Source of the DNA: the human T2T-CHM13v2.0 reference genome, Homo sapiens
NCBI RefSeq assembly: GCF_009914755.1
Contig: NC_060939.1
Strand: one strand, 5' to 3'
DNA: 64,000 nucleotides
In this document: positions 40,011 to 53,200 of the stretch, in pieces
How the letters are laid out: each line of letters starts with the position of its first letter
Position numbering within the stretch: the first letter of the stretch is position 1
Program-made: the position numbers and the translations under genes
The notes under the pieces: generated by a model
The model's database searches: none
What the model was told of the DNA's origin: nothing
Seen by the model: only the letters and a program-made list of their open reading frames with translations

Positions 40011-43000
40011 TCCGTTCCATTCGATTTCGTTCCAATCCATTCGATTCCATTCCATTCGATTCCATTCCATACTATTGCATTCCATTCGATTACATTATAT
40101 TCGAATAAGTTCCATTCAAGACCATTTCTTTTGAGTCCATTCTATTTGAGTCCATTCCCTTTGATTCCATAACATTTGAGTCCATTCAATTCCATTCCTT
40201 TCGTTTCCATTCCATTTGATGCCATTCCATTCAATTCTGTTCTACTCGACTCCAATACATTCAATTCCATTCCATCCGATTCCATTACATTCTTTTCATT
40301 TCTTATCCATTTCAAGCCATTCCACTCCATTCCATTCCACTCGTTTCCTTTCCATTCGAGTCCATTCCTCTCCAGTCCATTCCGTTCAATCCATTCCATT
40401 CCAGTCCATTCCATTCGAGTCCGTTCCATTCCAGTCCATTCCATTCGAGTCAATTCCATCCCATTCGATGTCTTTCCATAACGATCCATTCCATTCTATT
40501 CCTTTCGATTCCATTCCATTCTATTTCATTCCATTCGATTCCCTTCCATTGGACTCCTTTCCATTCGAGTGCATTCCATTCCGTTCCATTTCTTTCCGTT
40601 CTGTACGATTCCTACCGTTCGATTTCATTTTGTTCCAGTCCATTCCTTTCGCGTCCATTCCATTCCATTTCACTCCATTCGATTCCATTCCATTCGATTC
40701 CATTCTACTCGATTCCACTTCGTTCCATTTCATTGCATTCCATTCTATTCAACTCTATTGCCTTCCATTCCATTCCATTCGATTACATTCCATGCGATTC
40801 CATTCGAAATCGAATCAATTACATTGAAATTCATTACTATTTAGTCCGTTTTATTCCAGTCCACTGCATTCTGGTCCATTCCATTTGATTCCATTCCATT
40901 CTATTCCATTCCATACAGTTGCATTCCATTGGATTCCATGCTATATCTATAAATTCAATTCGAGACCATAGCTTTTGAGTCCATTCTATATGATTCCATT
41001 CCATTCAAGTCCATTACATTTGGTTCAATTCCATTCCATTCCATTCCCTTCCATTCCATTCCAGTTGATATCAATCCATTCGATTCCATTCCATTCGAGC
41101 ACATTCCATTCGAGTCCATTCCATTCGATGCCATTCCATTTGATTCTATTCCATTAGTCTCCATTCAATTCCATTAATCTCCATTCCATTCCATTCTACT
41201 CCAACTGATTCCATTCCATTCTATTCCTTTCCATTCCATTTCATTCCATTCCATTCCATTTCATTCCATTCCATTCCATTCGTGTCCATTCCACTCCAGT
41301 CCATTCCATTCGTGTCCATTCCATTCCAGTCCATTCCATTTGTGTCCACTGCATTCCATTCCACTCCATTCCATATTATTCCATTACACTCCATTCCATT
41401 CTATTACTTTCATTTCCATTCAATTCCATTCCATTTGATTCCATTCCACTCGGTTTCATTCCATTTGAGTCCACTCCATTCCATTCCATTCCATTCCATT
41501 CAGTTCCATTCCATTCTGTTCCATTCCATTCCGTTCCATTACATTCCATTCCATTCGGTACCATTCCATATTGTTCCATTCGATTCCATTCGAATCCATT
41601 CCATTTCAGTCCATTCCATTCGATTCCATTCCATTCATTTCAATTCCATTCCATTCCATTCCATTCCATTCCACTTGATTCCTCTCCATTCCCTTCCACT
41701 GCATTCCGTTCGATTCCATTCCATTGCATTGCATTCCATTCCATTGGATTGCATTCCATTCGATTCCATTCCATTCGAATCAATTACATAGCAATCCATT
41801 ACATTCGAGTCTATTCTCTTCCGTTCCATTCGATTTCGTTCCAATCCATTCGATTCCATTCCATTCGATTCCATTCCATACTATTGCATTCCATTCGATT
41901 ACATTATATTCGAATAAGTTCCATTCAAGACCATTTCTTTTGAGTCCATTCTATTTGAGTCCATTCCCTTTGATTCCATAACATTTGAGTCCATTCAATT
42001 CCATTCCTTTCGTTTCCATTCCATTTGATGCCATTCCATTCAATTCTGTTCTACTCGACTCCAATACATTCAATTCCATTCCATCCGATTCCATTACATT
42101 CTTTTCATTTCTTATCCATTTCAAGCCATTCCACTCCATTCCATTCCACTCGTTTCCTTTCCATTCGAGTCCATTCCTCTCCAGTCCATTCCGTTCAATC
42201 CATTCCATTCCAGTCCATTCCATTCGAGTCCGTTCCATTCCAGTCCATTCCATTCGAGTCAATTCCATTCCATTCGATGTCTTTCCATAACGATCCATTC
42301 CATTCTATTCCTTTCGATTCCATTCCATTCTATTTCATTCCATTCGATTCCCTTCCATTGGACTCCTTTCCATTCGAGTGCATTCCATTCCGTTCCATTT
42401 CTTTCCGTTCTGTACGATTCCTACCGTTCGATTTCATTTTGTTCCAGTCCATTCCTTTCGCGTCCATTCCATTCCATTTCACTCCATTCGATTCCATTCC
42501 ACTCGATTCCACTTCGTTCCATTTCATTGCATTCCATTCTATTCAACTCTATTGCCTTCCATTCCATTCCATTCGATTACATTCCATGCGATTCCATTCG
42601 AAATCGAATCAATTACATTGCAATCCATTACTATTGAGTCCGTTTTATTCCAGTCCACTGCATTCTGGTCCATTCCATTTGATTCCATTCCATTCTATTC
42701 CATTCCATACAGTTGCATTCCATTGGATTCCATGCTATATCTATAAATTCAATTCGAGACCATTGCTTTTGAGTCCATTCTATATGATTCCATTCCATTC
42801 AAGTCCATTACATTTGGTTCAATTCCATTCCATTCCATTCCCTTCCATTCCATTCCATTTGATATCAATCCATTCGATTCCATTCCATTCGAGCACATTC
42901 CATTCGAGTCCATTCCATTCGATGCCATTCCATTTGATTCTATTCCATTAGTCTCCATTCAATTCCATTAATCTCCATTCCATTCCATTCTACTCCAACT

Positions 43001-46000
43001 GATTCCATTCCATTCTATTCCTTTCCATTCCATTTCATTCCATTCCATTCCATTTCATTCCATTCCATTCCATTCGTGTCCATTCCACTCCAGTCCATTC
43101 CATTCGTGTCCATTCCATTCCACTCCATTCCATTTGTGTCCACTGCATTCCATTCCACTCCATTCCATATTATTCCATTACACTCCATTCCATTCTATTA
43201 CTTTCATTTCCATTCAATTCCATTCCATTTGATTCCATTCCACTCGGTTTCATTCCATTTGAGTCCACTCCATTCCATTCCATTCCATTCCATTCAGTTC
43301 CATTCCATTCTGTTCCATTCCATTCCGTTCCATTACATTCCATTCCATTCGGTACCATTCCATATTGTTCCATTCGATTCCATTCGAATCCATTCCATTC
43401 CAGTCCATTCCATTCGATTCCATTCCATTCATTTCAATTCCATTCCATTCCATTCCATTCCATTCCACTTGATTCCTCTCCATTCCCTTCCACTGCATTC
43501 CGTTCGATTCCATTCCATTGCATTGCATTCCATTCCATTGGATTGCATTCCATTCGATTCCATTCCATTCGAATCAATTACATAGCAATCCATTACATTC
43601 GAGTCTATTCTCTTCCGTTCCATTCGATTTCGTTCCAATCCATTCGATTCCATTCCATTCGATTCCATTCCATACTATTGCATTCCATTCGATTACATTA
43701 TATTCGAATAAGTTCCATTCAAGACCATTTCTTTTGAGTCCATTCTATTTGAGTCCATTCCCTTTGATTCCATAACATTTGAGTCCATTCAATTCCATTC
43801 CTTTCGTTTCCATTCCATTTGATGCCATTCCATTCAATTCTGTTCTACTCGACTCCAATACATTCAATTCCATTCCATCCGATTCCATTACATTCTTTTC
43901 ATTTCTTATCCATTTCAAGCCATTCCACTCCATTCCATTCCACTCGTTTCCTTTCCATTCGAGTCCATTCCTCTCCAGTCCATTCCGTTCAATCCATTCC
44001 ATTCCAGTCCATTCCATTCGAGTCCGTTCCATTCCAGTCCATTCCATTCGAGTCAATTCCATCCCATTCGATGTCTTTCCATAACGATCCATTCCATTCT
44101 ATTCCTTTCGATTCCATTCCATTCTATTTCATTCCATTCGATTCCCTTCCATTGGACTCCTTTCCATTCGAGTGCATTCCATTCCGTTCCATTTCTTTCC
44201 GTTCTGTACGATTCCTACCGTTCGATTTCATTTTGTTCCAGTCCATTCCTTTCGCGTCCATTCCATTCCATTTCACTCCATTCGATTCCATTCCATTCGA
44301 TTCCATTCTACTCGATTCCACTTCGTTCCATTTCATTGCATTCCATTCTATTCAACTCTATTGCCTTCCATTCCATTCCATTCGATTACATTCCATGCGA
44401 TTCCATTCGAAATCGAATCAATTACATTGAAATTCATTACTATTTAGTCCGTTTTATTCCAGTCCACTGCATTCTGGTCCATTCCATTTGATTCCATTCC
44501 ATTCTATTCCATTCCATACAGTTGCATTCCATTGGATTCCATGCTATATCTATAAATTCAATTCGAGACCATAGCTTTTGAGTCCATTCTATATGATTCC
44601 ATTCCATTCAAGTCCATTACATTTGGTTCAATTCCATTCCATTCCATTCCCTTCCATTCCATTCCAGTTGATATCAATCCATTCGATTCCATTCCATTCG
44701 AGCACATTCCATTCGAGTCCATTCCATTCGATGCCATTCCATTTGATTCTATTCCATTAGTCTCCATTCAATTCCATTAATCTCCATTCCATTCCATTCT
44801 ACTCCAACTGATTCCATTCCATTCTATTCCTTTCCATTCCATTTCATTCCATTCCATTCCATTTCATTCCATTCCATTCCATTCGTGTCCATTCCACTCC
44901 AGTCCATTCCATTCGTGTCCATTCCATTCCAGTCCATTCCATTTGTGTCCACTGCATTCCATTCCACTCCATTCCATATTATTCCATTACACTCCATTCC
45001 ATTCTATTACTTTCATTTCCATTCAATTCCATTCCATTTGATTCCATTCCACTCGGTTTCATTCCATTTGAGTCCACTCCATTCCATTCCATTCCATTCC
45101 ATTCAGTTCCATTCCATTCTGTTCCATTCCATTCCGTTCCATTACATTCCATTCCATTCGGTACCATTCCATATTGTTCCATTCGATTCCATTCGAATCC
45201 ATTCCATTTCAGTCCATTCCATTCGATTCCATTCCATTCATTTCAATTCCATTCCATTCCATTCCATTCCATTCCACTTGATTCCTCTCCATTCCCTTCC
45301 ACTGCATTCCGTTCGATTCCATTCCATTGCATTGCATTCCATTCCATTGGATTGCATTCCATTCGATTCCATTCCATTCGAATCAATTACATAGCAATCC
45401 ATTACATTCGAGTCTATTCTCTTCCGTTCCATTCGATTTCGTTCCAATCCATTCGATTCCATTCCATTCGATTCCATTCCATACTATTGCATTCCATTCG
45501 ATTACATTATATTCGAATAAGTTCCATTCAAGACCATTTCTTTTGAGTCCATTCTATTTGAGTCCATTCCCTTTGATTCCATAACATTTGAGTCCATTCA
45601 ATTCCATTCCTTTCGTTTCCATTCCATTTGATGCCATTCCATTCAATTCTGTTCTACTCGACTCCAATACATTCAATTCCATTCCATCCGATTCCATTAC
45701 ATTCTTTTCATTTCTTATCCATTTCAAGCCATTCCACTCCATTCCATTCCACTCGTTTCCTTTCCATTCGAGTCCATTCCTCTCCAGTCCATTCCGTTCA
45801 ATCCATTCCATTCCAGTCCATTCCATTCGAGTCCGTTCCATTCCAGTCCATTCCATTCGAGTCAATTCCATTCCATTCGATGTCTTTCCATAACGATCCA
45901 TTCCATTCTATTCCTTTCGATTCCATTCCATTCTATTTCATTCCATTCGATTCCCTTCCATTGGACTCCTTTCCATTCGAGTGCATTCCATTCCGTTCCA

Positions 46001-48175
46001 TTTCTTTCCGTTCTGTACGATTCCTACCGTTCGATTTCATTTTGTTCCAGTCCATTCCTTTCGCGTCCATTCCATTCCATTTCACTCCATTCGATTCCAT
46101 TCCACTCGATTCCACTTCGTTCCATTTCATTGCATTCCATTCTATTCAACTCTATTGCCTTCCATTCCATTCCATTCGATTACATTCCATGCGATTCCAT
46201 TCGAAATCGAATCAATTACATTGCAATCCATTACTATTGAGTCCGTTTTATTCCAGTCCACTGCATTCTGGTCCATTCCATTTGATTCCATTCCATTCTA
46301 TTCCATTCCATACAGTTGCATTCCATTGGATTCCATGCTATATCTATAAATTCAATTCGAGACCATTGCTTTTGAGTCCATTCTATATGATTCCATTCCA
46401 TTCAAGTCCATTACATTTGGTTCAATTCCATTCCATTCCATTCCCTTCCATTCCATTCCATTTGATATCAATCCATTCGATTCCATTCCATTCGAGCACA
46501 TTCCATTCGAGTCCATTCCATTCGATGCCATTCCATTTGATTCTATTCCATTAGTCTCCATTCAATTCCATTAATCTCCATTCCATTCCATTCTACTCCA
46601 ACTGATTCCATTCCATTCTATTCCTTTCCATTCCATTTCATTCCATTCCATTCCATTTCATTCCATTCCATTCCATTCGTGTCCATTCCACTCCAGTCCA
46701 TTCCATTCGTGTCCATTCCATTCCACTCCATTCCATTTGTGTCCACTGCATTCCATTCCACTCCATTCCATATTATTCCATTACACTCCATTCCATTCTA
46801 TTACTTTCATTTCCATTCAATTCCATTCCATTTGATTCCATTCCACTCGGTTTCATTCCATTTGAGTCCACTCCATTCCATTCCATTCCATTCCATTCAG
46901 TTCCATTCCATTCTGTTCCATTCCATTCCGTTCCATTACATTCCATTCCATTCGGTACCATTCCATATTGTTCCATTCGATTCCATTCGAATCCATTCCA
47001 TTCCAGTCCATTCCATTCGATTCCATTCCATTCATTTCAATTCCATTCCATTCCATTCCATTCCATTCCACTTGATTCCTCTCCATTCCCTTCCACTGCA
47101 TTCCGTTCGATTCCATTCCATTGCATTGCATTCCATTCCATTGGATTGCATTCCATTCGATTCCATTCCATTCGAATCAATTACATAGCAATCCATTACA
47201 TTCGAGTCTATTCTCTTCCGTTCCATTCGATTTCGTTCCAATCCATTCGATTCCATTCCATTCGATTCCATTCCATACTATTGCATTCCATTCGATTACA
47301 TTATATTCGAATAAGTTCCATTCAAGACCATTTCTTTTGAGTCCATTCTATTTGAGTCCATTCCCTTTGATTCCATAACATTTGAGTCCATTCAATTCCA
47401 TTCCTTTCGTTTCCATTCCATTTGATGCCATTCCATTCAATTCTGTTCTACTCGACTCCAATACATTCAATTCCATTCCATCCGATTCCATTACATTCTT
47501 TTCATTTCTTATCCATTTCAAGCCATTCCACTCCATTCCATTCCACTCGTTTCCTTTCCATTCGAGTCCATTCCTCTCCAGTCCATTCCGTTCAATCCAT
47601 TCCATTCCAGTCCATTCCATTCGAGTCCGTTCCATTCCAGTCCATTCCATTCGAGTCAATTCCATCCCATTCGATGTCTTTCCATAACGATCCATTCCAT
47701 TCTATTCCTTTCGATTCCATTCCATTCTATTTCATTCCATTCGATTCCCTTCCATTGGACTCCTTTCCATTCGAGTGCATTCCATTCCGTTCCATTTCTT
47801 TCCGTTCTGTACGATTCCTACCGTTCGATTTCATTTTGTTCCAGTCCATTCCTTTCGCGTCCATTCCATTCCATTTCACTCCATTCGATTCCATTCCATT
47901 CGATTCCATTCTACTCGATTCCACTTCGTTCCATTTCATTGCATTCCATTCTATTCAACTCTATTGCCTTCCATTCCATTCCATTCGATTACATTCCATG
48001 CGATTCCATTCGAAATCGAATCAATTACATTGAAATTCATTACTATTTAGTCCGTTTTATTCCAGTCCACTGCATTCTGGTCCATTCCATTTGATTCCAT
48101 TCCATTCTATTCCATTCCATACAGTTGCATTCCATTGGATTCCATGCTATATCTATAAATTCAATTCGAGACCAT
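40011..48175 (+). repeat. Tandem repeat of a 3603-bp two-monomer block (~2.3 copies)
   Basis: Rare markers recur exactly 3603 bp apart: ACATTGAAATTCATTACTATTTAG at 40821, 44424 and 48027; GACCATAGC at ~40964 and ~44567; CCATTTCAGT at 41601 and 45204; CACTCCATTCCATTTGTG at 43121 and 46724. Unit lengths alternate 1809/1794. Confidence 0.88.
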
Positions 48176-48487
48176 TGCTTTTGAGTCCATTCTATATGAT
48201 TCCATTCCATTCAAGTCCATTACATTTGGTTCAATTCCATTCCATTCCATTCCCTTCCATTCCATTCCATTTGATATCAATCCATTCAATTCCATTCCAT
48301 TCGAGCACATTCCATTCGAGTCCATTCCATTCGATGCCATTCCATTTGATTCTATTCCATTAGTCTCCATTCAATTCCATTAATCTCCATTCCATTCCAT
48401 TCTACTCCAACTGATTCCATTCCATTCTATTCCTTTCCATTCCATTTCATTCCATTCCATTCCATTTCATTCCATTCCATTCCATTC

Positions 48488-50286
48488 GTGTCCATTCCAC
48501 TCCAGTCCATTCCATTCGTGTCCATTCCATTCCAGTCCATTCCATTTGTGTCCACTGCATTCCATTCCACTCCATTCCATATTATTCCATTACACTCCAT
48601 TCCATTCTATTACTTTCATTTCCATTCAATTCCATTCCATTTGATTCCATTCCACTCGGTTTCATTCCATTTGAGTCCACTCCATTCCATTCCATTCCAT
48701 TCCATTCAGTTCCATTCCATTCTGTTCCATTCCATTCCATTCCATTCGGTACCATTCCATAGTGTTCCATTCGATTCCATTCGAATCCATTCCATTCTGT
48801 TCCATTCCATTCCATTCCATTCGGTACCATTCCATAGTGTTCCATTCGATTCCATTCGATTCCATTCCATTCATTTCAATTCCATTCCATTCCATTCCAT
48901 TCCATTCCACTTGATTCCTCTCCATTCCCTTCCACTGCATTCCGTTCGATTCCATTCCATTGCATTGCATTCCATTCCATTGGATTGCATTCCATTCGAT
49001 TCCATTCCATTCGAATCAGTTACATAGCAATCCATTACATTCGAGTCTATTCTCTTCCGTTCCATTCGATTTCGTTCCAATCCATTCGATTCCATTCCAT
49101 TCGATTCCATTCCATACTATTGCATTCCATTCGATTAAATTATATTCGAATAAGTTCCATTCAAGACCATTTCTTTTGAGTCCATTCTATTTGAGTCCAT
49201 TCCCTTTGATTCCATAACATTTGAGTCCATTCAATTCCATTCCTTTCGTTTCCATTCCATTTGATGCCATTCCATTCAATTCTGTTCTACTCGACTCCAA
49301 TACATTCAATTCCATTCCATCCGATTCCATTACATTCTTTTCATTTCTTATCCATTTCAAGCCATTCCACTCCATTCCATTCCACTCGTTTCCTTTCCAT
49401 TCGAGTCCATTCCTCTCCAGTCCATTCCGTTCAATCCATTCCATTCCAGTCCATTCCATTCGAGTCCGTTCCATTCCATTCGATGTCTTTCCATAACGAT
49501 CCATTCCATTCTATTCCTTTCGATTCCATTCCATTCTATTTCATTCCATTCGATTCCCTTCCATTGGACTCCTTTCCATTCGAGTGCATTCCATTCCGTT
49601 CCATTTCTTTCCATTCTGTACGATTCCTACCGTTCGATTTCATTTTGTTCCAGTCCATTCCTTTCGCGTCCATTCCATTCCATTTCACTCCATTCGATTC
49701 CATTCCACTCGATTCCACTTTGTTCCATTTCATTGCATTCCATTCTATTCAACTCTATTGCCCTCCATTCCATTCCATTCGATTACATTCCATGCGATTC
49801 CATTCGAAATCGAATCAATTACATTGCAATCCATTACTATTGAGTCCGTTTTATTCCAGTCCACTGCATTCTGGTCCATTCCATTTGATTCCATTCCATT
49901 CTATTCCATTCCATACAGTTGCATTCCATTGGATTCCATTCTATATCTATAAATTCAATTCGAGACCATTGCTTTTGAGTCCATTCTATATGATTCCATT
50001 CCATTCAAGTCCATTACATTTGGTTCAATTCCATTCCATTCCATTCCATTCCCTTCCATTCCATTCCAGTTGATATCAATCCATTCGATTCCATTCCATT
50101 CGAGCACATTCCATTCGAGTCCATTCCATTCGATGCCATTCCATTTGATTCTATTCCACTAGTCTCCATTCAATTCCATTAATCTCCATTCCATTCCATT
50201 CTACTCCAACTGATTCCATTCCATTCTATTCCTTTCCATTCCATTTCATTCCATTCCATTCCATTTCATTCCATTCCATTCCATTC
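48488..50286 (+). repeat. Variant monomer type D, copy 3 (U28, 1799 bp), with duplicated KpnI segment
   Basis: Appears identical to U22 at offset 10814: GGTACC at 48748 and 48823, ATCAGTTAC (~49015), ACTAGT (50158). Confidence 0.9.
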
Positions 50287-53200
50287 GTGTCCATTCCACT
50301 CCAGTCCATTCCATTCGTGTCCATTCCATTCCAGTCCATTCCATTTGTGTCCACTGCATTCCATTCCACTCCATTCCATATTATTCCATTACACTCCATT
50401 CCATTCTATTACTTTCATTTCCATTCAATTCCATTCCATTTGATTCCATTCCACTCGGTTTCATTCCATTTGAGTCCACTCCATTCCATTCCATTCCATT
50501 CCATTCAGTTCCATTCCATTCTGTTCCATTCCATTCCGTTCCATTACATTCCATTCCATTCGGTACCATTCCATATTGTTCCATTCGATTCCATTCGAAT
50601 CCATTCCATTCCAGTCCATTCCATTCGATTCCATTCCATTCATTTCAATTCCATTCCATTCCATTCCATTCCATTCCACTTGATTCCTCTCCATTCCCTT
50701 CCACTGCATTCCGTTCGATTCCATTCCATTGCATTGCATTCCATTCCATTGGATTGCATTCCATTCGATTCCATTCCATTCGAATCAATTACATAGCAAT
50801 CCATTACATTCCAGTCTATTCTATTCCGTTCCATTCGATTTCGTTCCAATCCATTCGATTCCATTCCATTCGATTCCATTCCATACTATTGCATTCCATT
50901 CGATTACATTATATTCGAATAAGTTCCATTCAAGACCATTTCTTTTGAGTCCATTCTATTTGAGTCCATTCCCTTTGATTCCATAACATTTGAGTCCATT
51001 CAATTCCATTCCTTTCGTTTCCATTCCATTTGATGCCATTCCATTCAATTCTGTTCTACTCGACTCCAATACATTCAATTCCATTCCATCCGATTCCATT
51101 ACATTCTTTTCATTTCTTATCCATTTCAAGCCATTCCACTCCATTCCATTCCACTCGTTTCCTTTCCATTCGAGTCCATTCCTCTCCAGTCCATTCCGTT
51201 CAATCCATTCCATTCCAGTCCATTCCATTCGAGTCCGTTCCATTCCAGTCCATTCCATTCGAGTCAATTCCATCCCATTCGATGTCTTTCCATAACGATC
51301 CATTCCATTCTATTCCTTTCGATTCCATTCCATTCTATTTCATTCCATTCGATTCCCTTCCATTGGACTCCTTTCCATTCGAGTGCATTCCATTCCGTTC
51401 CATTTCTTTCCGTTCTGTACGATTCCTACCGTTCGATTTCATTTTGTTCCAGTCCATTCCTTTCGCGTCCATTCCATTCCATTTCACTCCATTCGATTCC
51501 ATTCCACTCGATTCCACTTCGTTCCATTTCATTGCATTCCATTCTATTCAACTCTATTGCCTTCCATTCCATTCCATTCGATTACATTCCATGCGATTCC
51601 ATTCGAAATCGAATCAATTACATTGCAATCCATTACTATTGAGTCCGTTTTATTCCAGTCCACTGCATTCTGGTCCATTACATTTGATTCCATTCCATTC
51701 TATTCCATTCCATACAGTTGCATTCCATTGGATTCCATGCTATATCTATAAATTCAATTCGAGACCATTGCTTTTGAGTCCATTCTATATGATTCCATTC
51801 CATTCAAGTCCATTACATTTGGTTCAATTCCATTCCATTCCATTCCCTTCCATTCCATTCCATTTGATATCAATCCATTCGATTCCATTCCATTCGAGCA
51901 CATTCCATTCGAGTCCATTCCATTCGATGCCATTCCATTTGATTCTATTCCATTAGTCTCCATTCTATTCCATTAATCTCCATTCCATTCCATTCTACTC
52001 CAACTGATTCCATTTCATTCTATTCCTTTCCATTCCATTTCATTCCATTCCATTCCATTCGTGTCCATTCCACTCCAGTCCATTCCATTCGTGTCCATTC
52101 CATTCCAGTCCATTCCATTTGTGTCCACTGCATTCCATTCCACTCCATTCCATATTATTCCATTACACTCCATTCCATTCTATTACTTTCATTTCCATTC
52201 AATTCCATTCCATTTGATTCCATTCCACTCGGTTTCATTCCATTTGAGTCCACTCCATTCCATTCCATTCCATTCCATTCAGTTCCATTCCATTCTGTTC
52301 CATTCCATTCCGTTCCATTACATTCCATTCCATTCGGTACCATTCCATATTGTTCCATTCGATTCCATTCGAATCCATTCCATTCCAGTCCATTCCATTC
52401 GATTCCATTCCATTCATTTCAATTCCATTCCATTCCATTCCATTCCATTCCACTTGATTCCTCTCCATTCCCTTCCACTGCATTCCGTTCGATTCCATTC
52501 CATTGCATTGCATTCCATTCCATTGGATTGCATTCCATTCGATTCCATTCCATTCGAATCAATTACATAGCAATCCATTACATTCGAGTCTATTCTATTC
52601 CGTTCCATTCGATTTCGTTCCAATCCATTCGATTCCATTCCATTCGATTCCATTCCATACTATTGCATTCCATTCGATTACATTATATTCGAATAAGTTC
52701 CATTCAAGACCATTTCTTTTGAGTCCATTCTATTTGAGTCCATTCCCTTTGATTCCATAACATTTGAGTCCATTCAATTCCATTCCTTTCGTTTCCATTC
52801 CATTTGATGCCATTCCATTCAATTCTGTTCTACTCGACTCCAATACATTCAATTCCATTCCATCCGATTCCATTACATTCTTTTCATTTCTTATCCATTT
52901 CAAGCCATTCCACTCCATTCCATTCCACTCGTTTCCTTTCCATTCGAGTCCATTCCTCTCCAGTCCATTCCGTTCAATCCATTCCATTCCAGTCCATTCC
53001 ATTCGAGTCCGTTGCATTCCAGTCCATTCCATTCGAGTCAATTCCATTCCATTCGATGTCTTTCCATAACGATCCATTCCATTCTATTCCTTTCGATTCC
53101 ATTCCATTCTATTTCATTCCATTCGATTCCCTTCCACTGGACTCCTTTCCATTCGAGTGCATTCCATTCCTTTCCATTTCTTTCCGTTCTGTACGATTCC

